64,000 nucleotides of DNA from Oikopleura dioica (lineage: Eukaryota; Animalia; Chordata). The notes beneath the pieces were generated by a model. The model was not told the DNA's origin. It did no database searches and saw only the letters and a list, made by a program, of their open reading frames with translations. Both the position numbers and the translations under genes were made by a program. The stretch spans positions 2,666,001 to 2,730,000 of the forward strand of contig OU015567.1 of assembly GCA_907165135.1 (NCBI GenBank). Direction: 5' to 3'. Below are positions 49,318 through 60,900 of this stretch, one piece after another (positions within the stretch are counted from its first letter, which is position 1; each line of letters starts with the position of its first letter).

Positions 49318-52300
49318 TTATCGGGTTGATTCGAAGATTTGCAAGTTTCTGTAGAATTCACGGACAGCTTCGTCGAAATCATCCGTTTCGCTCAACGAAA
49401 TTGCATCTGAAAAGAATTTTTCTTTTCTCTATCTCTCAAATTTTATTGGTTCTCAAAAGGATTTCTCGTCTTTGATTTGATAAAAGCCAATCAGATAGAG
49501 AAATTTCAACTGATAGGCTATCACCGATTGAATATTCTCTTACTCATTTTTTCCACAAGCGCATCGTTCGGTGCAGATTCAACGACATAAACAGATGATG
49601 CATTTGAACTATGAAAAGATCATCATCATCATTCTTGGGAGGGTAGGGCCTACCTTCTTCTTCTTTCAAATTTCCTCGCTGGCAACGCTGGTTTCGGTCT
49701 CAAAGCAGGCTTTTGGCTCGCTACTTGAGGTGGCGGTTTCGGAAAATCGAATTGCGAATTTTCGAACTGTTGTTGAGCAATTTGAGTTGATTGAGTGAAA
49801 TCCTCGTGGATTGATTCGTAAGCTTCTGAGCTTCATGAAAGAACAGATGATTAGATAAGAGGGATAAGAAAGAGACTTACTTGGGACGATCTTTGAAGGA
49901 ATTGAAGGATGATCGATTGCCTGAGCTTGAGCTTGAGCTTTTTCGAGAAGGAGTGATCGGTCTTGGCGACAGAGATCCGTCTTTGATGGATCCGGGACGC
50001 GGGCGAGGGGAGATCAAGGGTTTCGGTCTGAAAAGCATGAATTTCTTGAGTCAATTATGTGCATAAAAAATTTTATTGGCTTATTGAGCTTATCAAATTT
50101 GAAATGACTAGTCTCCATAAATGTTTTGCAGCGATCATTGTCTTTTTAATATCACGATAATTACACTTGATAACAAAGACGATTAGCCCGAACCTCCAAT
50201 TAATTCCAGATAAAACAATTACACGCCTGACTAAATCGCAAGTGGCATAATAGTAAAAGTACCTGAACTGAGCGGCACTTTCGCCTTTTATTTGTCCAAA
50301 TCGCTTTCGAATGTCTGTAACACTTCCTGGATCGTCATAAACGATCTGAGATCGGGGCTCGTCAGAACTCATCGTTGATTTCAAAAATGAAATTTAATAA
50401 ACGTCAGATCTCAATCTAAAAAGAAAGAAGAAAGTACAGGAGCTTTCTTATGTCAGAGGGTTCAGAACTGAACTTACAAGCAGCTCTATTTAAATGTTCA
50501 TTTGGATAGAAAATTCTTCTTGATTTCTCTCTATAAAAAAATAAGAAAAAGTAGCTCTTCTTTGATTTACGAGCGCCTGGGCGCCCTTTTCAGTTCTCAA
50601 GAGAGGATATTCTGCTTTATTTTGATCTGAGGTCCTTTTGTTTGAATTGTTTAAAAAATACTTTACACTCTTCTCTCTTCTCTACTTTCTTTGTTGTTTT
50701 CTTTCTTAGATATATGTATATCTTTTAACGAAAAATGCGAATTGTAAAAAAACCGGGGATTTTATGAGAGCTCAAGTACGCTTTTCGATATTTTCTCGCG
50801 CGCGGTACCTTTCCTGTCGTAAAAATGTCTAAAGAAACATGATTTGTCGATTCGACACCCTTAAAATAATTATTTGACAAGTTGCTTAGGGTTCGGGGTC
50901 CTCAATTGCGGAATCTCTCTTTTTCTGTTTTTACCAAAAATTCTCTATTTTGTACCTAAAATGTCTCCTATTGATTTCTGCTCTATTGGTTTGATCAATG
51001 ATCGTCACGTGGCCATAGTCACGTTCAAAAAGAGTAAAAAAAGATAAGCTTTGAAGAAAAAAATTATATCAAAGAAGTGGGAGATAAGAATAGATTGAAA
51101 AGGAATCGATGGGTTCCACACAACTGGGGATCGATGATCATCCTCTCCGCTTGTTGAGATGAATTTTAGTTGGGAATGTTAATTGGGTTAATAAATGGCC
51201 CCTTTGGGGGACCTCAGAGCATTTTGGACCTTGGAAGGTTAATGGAAGTATTCAATTTGAATGAGTTAGTTCTGAATACCATACGGTATCAACCGGTTAT
51301 ATTCTTTCATTTTCTAACGAAGCCGCGGAGATCAATAAAATAATTGGCGAACAATAATTTTGTCGTCTTTTAGTTATTTCTCAGCTGAAAGATGAAAACT
51401 TTTTTTCTGAAAAAATTCTCTTATGAGTTTCATCTCTATTTGATCTTCTGCGCTGCACGAAAGGTCAATATTAGCCATTTCATTTTTCCCCCATCGCTTC
51501 AAGAAATTAGAAATTCCTCTAACAAAGCGTAACATGCTCTGGGCGCCGTGAGTCCGGTCACCTTCAGATTTTCCAATCACAAGATCTTCCGAACTCATTT
51601 CTTGTCAGTGGAATATGCTGGTTTATTTACAGTTGGCAATGGCAGTTTTGGTGAATAATGTGAATAAATAAGGTGGATAAAGGGAGTCAAAAGCATCAGA
51701 AATTGGATGTTCTTATCGTTAGCTTTTGAGTTGTTCTTTTGCTTTTTTCGGTTTCTTGCCTGGAAAAGAAACGATTATTAAAATATTAAAAATAAAAACA
51801 AGCATAATTAAATTGTTTTGAAGATGTCTCACCTTTTTCTTTGAAAACGCACGTGATTGTTTCTTACATCTTGTTGTCTCCTCAGTCTCCTGACGGCGTC
51901 AATTTTGTATTTTAGAAAACATGTGATCATTGTTACAATTATCGCCGCGCATAGCCAAATAATTAATCTGAAATGAATAAATAAGCTCACCTTTAATTTT
52001 TACTGTGAACAATCAAAGCAAATTTTTTCTGAAAAATTAAAATTATCAACAGATCAGACCAGCCTAACCATCATTAATGAAGCATTTTGATGAATTTATA
52101 ATTTGAATTTTTAAGCAAAAAAAATTTGAAATCATAGAGGAGAATCGAAAACTCGATTTTTCAAGTCTGTTTTTCAGATCCCGTTCTGACGAAAAAATAG
52201 GTAAAATGGAGCTATATTTTTATTTTCAATACGAAATATTCGTACTTACATGAGTAAAAGCGGACTTCGCCTCTCAAACGTCACAAAATATCCGTCAAAG

Positions 52301-52395
52301 TCTTCATCAATTTCAATTTCAATCCGCGTCCAGTTTTTACCAATACTTTCAAATTCTCTAAAAGACTCTTCACTGCTGTTCATTATTGGACTCAT
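49318..52395 (-). CDS. Putative multi-exon gene with Pro/Ser-rich low-complexity exons (may be more than one gene)
   Basis: Exons with GTAAG/AG borders reading RPKPLISPRPRP and PALRPKPALPARK; no family recognised. Confidence 0.4.
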
Positions 52396-52690
52396 GAGTC
52401 GGTTTGGTTTTACTATCAGAAGGAATTCGAGGGAGAAAAGGATCTGAAAATGCTGCTACATGGCGCGCGAGAGACGCCTCATTTCTTGCCTGAATAATTT
52501 CTATAATCACTGCGCCAATGGAACTTCAAAAAAAGTCCTTTATATAAAAATATTCCCATTTAGCTTCAGACCAATTAAACATAGTAGTCCCATTTTCCAA
52601 ACAAAGTAAAAGTAGAATTCTAACACAAAAGGGGTCGTTTCTTGATTCTTTAACAACGAAAAACATCTTGTTTTCTACAGCTGTGTTGTA

Positions 52691-53395
52691 TTATGTTCTG
52701 GCAATATCTTGTTCGTATTTTTGAGCGCCTTCGTTCAGGGTTTTGTCGTCCAAAAGATAGTCCATCGATCCGGTTTGAATCGCCTCTAGAATTGAGAATT
52801 CGTGTTTCTTTTGATTCCCATGTCTTACCTTGACCAGCAGCACAGCAAGGGCAGCAGCACCAGAAAAGAACATCTTTCCAAAGCTCACCTAAAAATGATT
52901 AAAATGCATTATTTATGTCTATATTATTTGAATTTATTTAACGTAGTTATTTTAAATTATAATTAATTGAAGTTACATAACATTTGTTACTTTGCTAATG
53001 CGTAAAATTTATATGAGATGTTGAACAATAATAATTGTCCTTTTGAAGCCGGAGATATGCATCCTCGCCTTAGATTGTTCTTACTCACCTTCAATTCCAT
53101 GTTTCTTTCTTATTTGCTGCCTGAGAAGAGCATTTATGCAAGGGGCAAAAGACATCATTGCCCAGAGGGTGGCATCTTCTCCGATTGATTCTGCGTTTTT
53201 TCCTTAGATATTTCTAGAACTCATGAAGACTCATGTAACAGCGATTTATTCATAAATAAACCGATAGTAGAAACAATTTAAATCTTAAAAATAAACATAA
53301 ATGTTACCTTGAATTAAGGGCGTTGCAAAACAAGAAGCAAACATCATCGGCAACTTCGAAAAACAACCAAAAAGTCCGGTTTTCCAATCGCTCAT
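52691..53395 (-). CDS. PLAC8/cornifelin-family Cys-rich protein
   Basis: MSDWKTGLFGCF; GKNAESIG; RQQIRKKHGIEG; WCCCPCCAAGQE across four exons. Confidence 0.88.
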
Positions 53396-54071
53396 TATTT
53401 CACAATCTCGGGAGGGGAAACTCTAGTTCGACAAAAAAAAATCCGCTGTTTGAAAGATAAAATGTCCTCGGAAATTGACAATTTGCTCGAGCATCAGTGA
53501 AATATTTGGATAAACGATGTTTGTCCAAAACGCGACTGTTTGCTGATCAGAGGCTTTTTTGCTTTTGTATGACTGTAGCTTCATTCTGACTAGAATAGCT
53601 TATAGTTGCATATAAGAAACTGTTTATTAGACTTTATTCTTGAATTTTACACACTCAACAGTTGGATTCAAAGAAAGATATTGTCTTTAATTCAGCTCTC
53701 ATATAATTATTTCTCAAATAAAAAGATTCTTCTTGAACTTTTCGTAGTGCACTTTTTATGAGAGCCGTTCATTCTATCCTCCGAATAATTGCTGGGAATA
53801 TTGCTTTTTTGCTTCATCTTCTTCTCCGATCGTTTTTGATCAAGTCCCCTGTTTTTCATATTTTTGAATTTAATTTCTTCATGAGCTTTTGAGCCTTTTT
53901 ACAAGATATTTAAAAATATGCCAATATTCCTACAGAGTAGGCAGGAAACACCAAGGGCGACGATTTGGACGAAACCGGCCGAAACTGATATGCTCAGCAA
54001 AAGATTCTAAAAAAAAAGATTTGACATTATGTACAGAACAAGGTAGAAGGTATCATAAATGCCGACCGAAG

Positions 54072-54218
54072 GTGTCTGGAACCGAAAAAAAATTTCGACA
54101 AATTTCGTGTGAAAAATTCCCAACCAATCAGAAGCCGGGATTCGGCAATCCACCCAATCAGCAGTCGAGTAGCCGCCCACGCAAAATTTGTCGAAATTTT
54201 TTTGTCGGTTCTAGACAC
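54072..54218. repeat. Inverted repeat enclosing two CCAATCAG boxes
   Basis: ~34-bp imperfect arms GTGTCTGGAACCG...TTTCGACAAATTT. Confidence 0.65.
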
Positions 54219-54292
54219 TATCCCGGTTTAAGATAACTATTTTAGATACCAGTAGGCTATTTTTACTCAAAAGTGGATAATTTAACATTATT

Positions 54293-54989
54293 TTAAGGGA
54301 TCCCCCCCCCGATTTCGTCAACTTTGACTCCGAACTACTTTTTTTAGGGCTGAGCTTTTTACAAGGATAAGGGCTCATTTTGAAGCCCGTTTTTTAATGA
54401 ACAAACTCTAGTATAGAAATTAATTTTCATCAGGGGGAACACCTCGAAAAGACGGGCTGAAAACATTGATACTCGCGAAAAACCCCATTTTGGGCCATTT
54501 TCAAAATCGAACTAGTTTTTTCTGCTCTTAGATAGAGCCCTTAATCAATAACAACTGTCTTCCTTGATCCCTTATCTACAATCTCTAGTACAGGCATGTG
54601 ATTCTGTCAAGGATTGTAGAATTTTTCTTAACAAGATGTTTTTCAACTGATTTTTGCCATTTTTACGACTTTCCATGCTCTCTAGCGCCTTTTCGTGGTT
54701 AGATATTTTATTAAATCTACTTTTTTCTAATTCAGTTTTTTCTAAGCTTTCTAAAGAGCCCTTATTCATCTGATTATGTCGACTTTGAAAAGTCGAAAAA
54801 ATTGCGAATTTTTTCTAAGTAAAATTTTTCATTAAAATAAGCCATTTTCAAAGCTTTGTCACGGTTAACCACGTGACGGACCCCCCTTGACATAATATAT
54901 GAAAATGATCGCCAAACAACGGAGAATCCAAAAATATATCACACGAAGGCTTTCGATGATATTTTTCAAATCGGGAGGGGATCCCTTAA
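54293..54989. mobile_element. ~700-bp non-autonomous TIR element, TTAAGG-ended
   Basis: TTAAGGGATC(C)nGATTT ... AAATCGGGAGGGGATCCCTTAA. Confidence 0.65.
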
Positions 54990-55001
54990 TTCAAAAATAA
55001 C

Positions 55002-55773
55002 TTAAGGCTATAACCTCTCTTTTGGCCTCTTCGGAAAACCGACTACCCTTGGTCGATTTCAAAAATTAAAAAGACTCATATACTCAAAATCTATCGTAGA
55101 TTTCAGAAATGCTATCAAAAATTAATTTTTCATTTGAAATTTCGACTTTACAATCATTTAAAAAACGCCGATCGGTTTTCCGAAGAATTTTACCATTACA
55201 GAGGCAGATTTTTTTTGATCAATTAATAGATTAAAGCCTTCTCTACAATCCCTATGGAAAAAATCTTCGAAATCTCTTCAAATTTTCATTCTAGGGCCAT
55301 GTTAGTGCTGGCACCTGAGGATAAAAATGCGCGTGGACGCGCTGCGCGGAGTGCTTTCCTCCAGGCCAAAAAGAGAGCGCTGTTGGCGAGCGTGTGAGTC
55401 AAGCGATTCATCGCGCTCTGATTGGCCGCGTGGATCTCAAGCGTCCGTCTATAAACAAAAGAGATTTGAAAGAAGAGAAAATTATAATCATAATTTAGAC
55501 AATTTCTTGATATTTTTTCCAAAGGGATCATAGAATATGCCCTACTTAATATTATTGTCGGATTTATTCTACCTCAGAGCTTCCAGTTTTCTCGGAAAAC
55601 CGATCGGCGATTTTTGAATGATTCTAGAGCAAAAAATTACCAGAGAAAAGTATTTTTTGATGGCATTTTTGAATTCTTTTGGAGAAATCAAGTATGTTTG
55701 CCCTTTAAATTTTTGAAATCGACCAAGGGAAGTCCGTTTTCCAGAGAGGCCAAAAGAGAGGTTATAGCCTTAA
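55002..55773. mobile_element. ~770-bp foldback/MITE with ~185-bp imperfect TIRs
   Basis: Perfect 29-bp termini TTAAGGCTATAACCTCTCTTTTGGCCTCT; symmetry continues to CGCCGATCGGTTTTCCGA. Confidence 0.78.
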
Positions 55774-55872
55774 TTCTTTTTGTTCACGCTATTTCGAGAA
55801 ATAATTTAACAATAAGAAATAATATTTTATTTCCTGTATCGTCTATCTGGAAGAGGTCTTTTGAGGATATTC

Positions 55873-57394
55873 TTATCGGAAAAGAGCTTTCTTTCTGAAC
55901 CTAAGGTGATAAGTTATCAAATTTTGCGATATAATCGATAGCACGATTTTATCAAAGAAAAACAGTCCGACAAGAGTTAGATTATATAGATGTTCAACAA
56001 TTATCCTTTGAGCATCAATTTTCAACCAGATTATCAATTTAATTGTACTTACCGAGTAGACATTTATTCGATCCCCACAGCCATAATCGTTGCTTATTTC
56101 TCCATCATCCGGGCAAAATTCAAACAAGAATTGTTCGCTTGAATTTGTCGGAATGATCGTTTCATTAACGCGAGATTCGGGAGAGCAGCAGGTTTTTGGA
56201 ATCTTTCCGAAAAATCGAGTTTGGTTGGAAAATGTCGTCCAGTCGCTGATTCCGTTGATCCCGCAGCATTGGAACTGAAAAAAATAGACTCTTGGGATGA
56301 AGTTTGAATGATTACCAATTCATGAACATTATCCCAAAGTTGCTGAACAACGGGAGCTCCAATTTGAATAATCTCCACGGGAATTTCACCACTTTAATGA
56401 GTATTAAACGGCTGAGAATTATAATACTTATTTCTTCATTAAAACTACTTATTCATTATTATTCATCTGCTAGAATAAACTAAAGGATCTCGAATTTACT
56501 TAAGTAGCAACTTATGTTATAATTGAAGCATTATGATCGCAATTATGATAATCCTTCATTTCCTTTTATCACTTAAAACCGGTCCTTTTCCAGTCATGCG
56601 TGATTAAATTATCAATCCAGTCGTTGTTTTCCCCATCACCTCCTTTTTTCTTCTGCTAGAAATTGAAGTATATAGTTGTCTTTATTGTTGCAGCACCTGA
56701 GTTTCTTGAGATATCGTGCAAAACTTAGGAACAGTCGAATTTTCAGCCTTTAAAGTCCTCAGCTCCGTTTGATCACAACTTTCAGCCGCGTTCCAATTTC
56801 ACTCGATATTATGTATAGAAGATAACCAAAAGATTCTATGATCATATTTAAAAATGCGGGTTTCCTGTAGCGATAGATGTTGAGGCTTTGGTTGACGAAT
56901 TGGCGCGCTTCAGAAGCATTGAGGAAGATAATTGTCCCAGCAGTCAGCTCAATCACCAAAATTACAAAGATGATTGTAAAGAACTTAAAACATTAAAAAA
57001 GAAAAACATCAAAGAGTAAAGTTTACCAAGCTCAAGAGGCATTTATTCTCACGGAGGGCACCGTAGCAGCCGAAAAAGCCGATGATTGTGAGGAGTCCTC
57101 CGGATAGAATGACCAAATACAGCGCTAGAAATTAGTTTAACATTGGTTTAAACAAGGCGAGGTACCTTTGTTTACAAGGGAAAGCTGCTCGACCGATTCA
57201 ATGATTTTCGTAAACTCGGAGCTCATTTTCATCGCCATAAAACCGCATGTTAGCAAAAGAACCCCTGCGATGAAGAAAATGAAATTGAAAGTAAAGACTG
57301 AGTATTTGAGACATTTTGCTGTTCACGCCTTTTTCAACGCTGCAATATTTTTTTTGAAAAATTTTGAAAAAAACGGGCCTGAGGATTGTTGCAT
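55873..57394 (-). CDS. Tetraspanin
   Basis: KCLKYSVFTFNFIF (TM1); GFFGCYGALRENKCLL (TM2); large loop FQCCG..DW..PKTCC..C..GC; start codon tentative. Confidence 0.88.
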
Positions 57395-57968
57395 TTTCTC
57401 TATTTTTCTGAGCTGCGACTTCTCCTCCTCCTTTTTTTCGCTGTTTTTCTCATTTTCAAACTTGGCAAGTTCGTTGATTTGATTAATTAGCTCGAGTGCT
57501 TTTTGAAGTTGTCGTCCATTTGATCTTGCGTATTTACGTCAGCCCTTTCCCGTTTTCAGCCTTTTTTTGAGTCTGTCGATCCTAAAATCGACTATCTTCA
57601 TCAATCATCATAAAAATAAGTCGACAATCTTTGGCCAATCAAACTAAAAATAAAACAAAAAAGATGCATTATGAGATTTCGCGCAAAACGTATGTTTAAC
57701 CTTAGCTTTGAAAATATAAAGAAAAATCTTTTGTTTTGATTTCGCGCCAAGCGTAAAAAAAATTCGCCCGGACAATTATTTTTTTCGAAGATTTGGCGAG
57801 TATCAATGTCAGTTTACGAGAAAGTTCAGAAGTGAAAAGGAGCTTAGATTTGATTTTTGGGCGATAAATTGAATCGTAAAATCGCCGCTCGTAATTCTCC
57901 AGTGACGAAATGAGAAGCCAGAGAGGAGAGAAAAGTTGATAGCTTAAACGCTTTCCGAAAAAAAACAG

Positions 57969-60900
57969 ATGAAGAGAAAATCGCTGCTGGATTTTCTCAT
58001 CGCTCTGGCGATTGGGTAAGTTGTATTTTTGAAGACCCAGGGTCCCAAGTTCTTCATCTTCAGATTTCTCATTGGCGACGTCTTGCAAGCATACCTCAAG
58101 CAAAAACGCTGCCTTCCCGAGCTCATCCGCGCCCGTCTCGAGTCAAAAGCCAAGCTTCGATTTCAACCCTCAAATTTTGACCTCCAAGAAGCTCCAGAAG
58201 TTGACTTTGGCATTTCAAACTCACAATCATCTTCTGAAGAAAATAATTTTGATCGAATCCGGCAAGAAATTGGGGGAAAGAGAAAGAAACGAGTTTTTAT
58301 TGCTATTCACTCAACGCCTGATTATTTGCTTACTCGTGGCCAGGAAATGCTCCAAAAAGGAATTTTCTAGTCTTTAGTTGTATCATCATCCCATTGGCAT
58401 TCAAAACAAACCCTTTTTCGAGCTTTTAAACAGGCAATAAAAGACACCTGGCTCCAAGAAATCGACCCTCGAATCGCAACCGTCCGTTTTATCTCCTCCC
58501 CCGTCCCAGGTTTCCCGACTCTAACCCTCCCTGGCGTCGACGATTACGCCTACCCGCCGCAGAAAAAATCATTCAAGCTCTATGCATACTTCAACTCCAT
58601 CGCCGACGACTACGACTGGTTCATCCGCGTCGACGACGATCTCCATCTTCAGTTCGATCTTCTTATTCAATTTTTGAACAAAATAAACCCGGACGAGCCG
58701 CATTACATTGGAGGAACTGGATTTGGAAGAAATGCTGATGATTATATTCCTCATGGCACGGCTTTTTGCATGGGCGGCTCTGGTGTCATCTTTTCTCATA
58801 AACTTATCAGAAATTTGAGACCCTATCTGACGACATGTATAAAGGTATCATGGAAGCATTCTCCATATTCCGTATCTACATAAGAGTTTCTTAGAATTGT
58901 CAACATAACGACAGATTGAGAAAAATTATCCAACAAAATTTGCTTGTAGAGTTATGCTTTTTTACTCAAAATTCTAGAACCTGATGACCGAACACGAAGA
59001 TGTAGAAGTTGGCCGCTGCATTTGGACTCATTTGAACATGGACTGTACCAAATCTTACGAAACCAACGCAATCCTCCATCAAAACTGGAAAAAGCATGTT
59101 GCACCTGGCGAAATCGGCTACAAAAACGACATCGACGCCGAACTCGACCTCGACGACAAAATTCTCCGGAGCGCGATCACGCTACATGCTGTCAAAAATC
59201 CGTCTTCTCAAATTTCCGTCCGAATGAGAATTCTGCGACATCGAGGAGAACTTATGTTCAACAGGACTCAGGAACTGCAGAAAATGATCAAGAGCTCGCA
59301 CGGGCGAATGAAAGAGCAGATGAATGGGTGTATTTGGGATTATGTGAAGAACATCGATACGAAATACACGACAAGTTTGTTCAGTTTGGATCCGATTCCG
59401 CAGCTGAAATTGGTTGAGCCGTTTTTGACTGCGATTCGACAGCTGAAATATGTGAAGAAGGACATGACTCTCAATCACATGCTCTATCAATGCGTAACAA
59501 GGTAATCGTATGAAGTATGGATTTATTATCACGGTTAATATTTGTAAAAGGCAGTACTATTTGATTCATCAATATAAAATAGTTTTTATTGAAGGAGGAA
59601 ATGCATGCACAACAATTTGATATGCTCACGATTCATTTCAAGACAAAATTATCTTCATCAGTAGTCTGATATTTTCAGCATACGTTCAATTCACTTATAA
59701 TTCTGGATGACTCTAAAGTTTCATTTAAAAATCAAATCTTGCAACTTCTGATATTGAATCTCTAAGCGATTCTTCGTTTATATCTACAAAAAATCAATCC
59801 TCCCCCCTGCTTGGTTTCGATTTTTGATAGTCTTGATTTGGCCCCCTTTCAAGCGTTAAATTTAATTCGGTATTGATTGGCATACAAATCCATCTTCTTC
59901 TAAAACTTGGCTGATACAAGGGCATTTTGGGCCTTTTTTTTGACAATTCTTCAAGCAGTTTGCATGCCACCTTAGATAAATGACGAAATACGGAAAGTTT
60001 CGGTATTTGAATTTATTTGATCATCCTTTTCAAGAAATCTGAAAAATTAAGAGTATGTGCATATTTGATTGTCTGATTATCATCAGATTCAATTAGAATA
60101 CTTTTATCGCCACCGCGATAGCCAAAATACCCACTATTATCGTGATGCTCAGTGGTAAATAAGTATAAATCTTCAATATTCTGCTGTCAGATCTAAACTG
60201 ATCTTCAAACGATATCAATTTTGAATTAAGTTTGCTTATGTTCCAACTATAATTGTCAATTTGATTTATCAAATTATTCATTCTTTCTTCAAATGAAGCC
60301 ATAAGTAAAGCTTGGCTCTCAATTTGACGCATTTTTTCAAGATTGATGTTTTCAATCAGCTCATCATGTTTGTTTTTCATTTCGAGCTGCTCCTGTTTTA
60401 TCTTCGTCAGCTCGGCTTTAATGAGTTGAAGCTTGCCTTCAATAATCTTGTCGGTCGCCGATTCAATTATCCCTTGAATTGCTTGATTTTCACTCTCAAT
60501 TGTCATCAATTCCACTTTTTCTTCGAACGCATTTGTTCTAAGATTGTGATTTTCGACTTGATTCTCAAAATCCGCCACTTTTTCAATGAGTTCTTCATTT
60601 TTCTTTTTCAGCTGGTATTGTTCTTCCTCGTAATTGCCTATCTTGGTCCTGTAGAATTGAAGTTTGCTCTCGATAATCATTTCGATCTCTGCCTTTGAAA
60701 GGTTTTGAGATTCATGAGAACGCGAGTCGTTTTCTCTGTCATATGTTACGATGCTTTCAGAGTATTTCGAATTTTGCGACATTTCTCAAAAAATTATTTT
60801 CGTCTTTATAAATTATTAATTGAACAGAGCAGTAGTCTTAGCTTCAGTATTTTCCCTTCAACAAAAGTACAGTCAGATGTCAATATTTACGCTTAACAAA

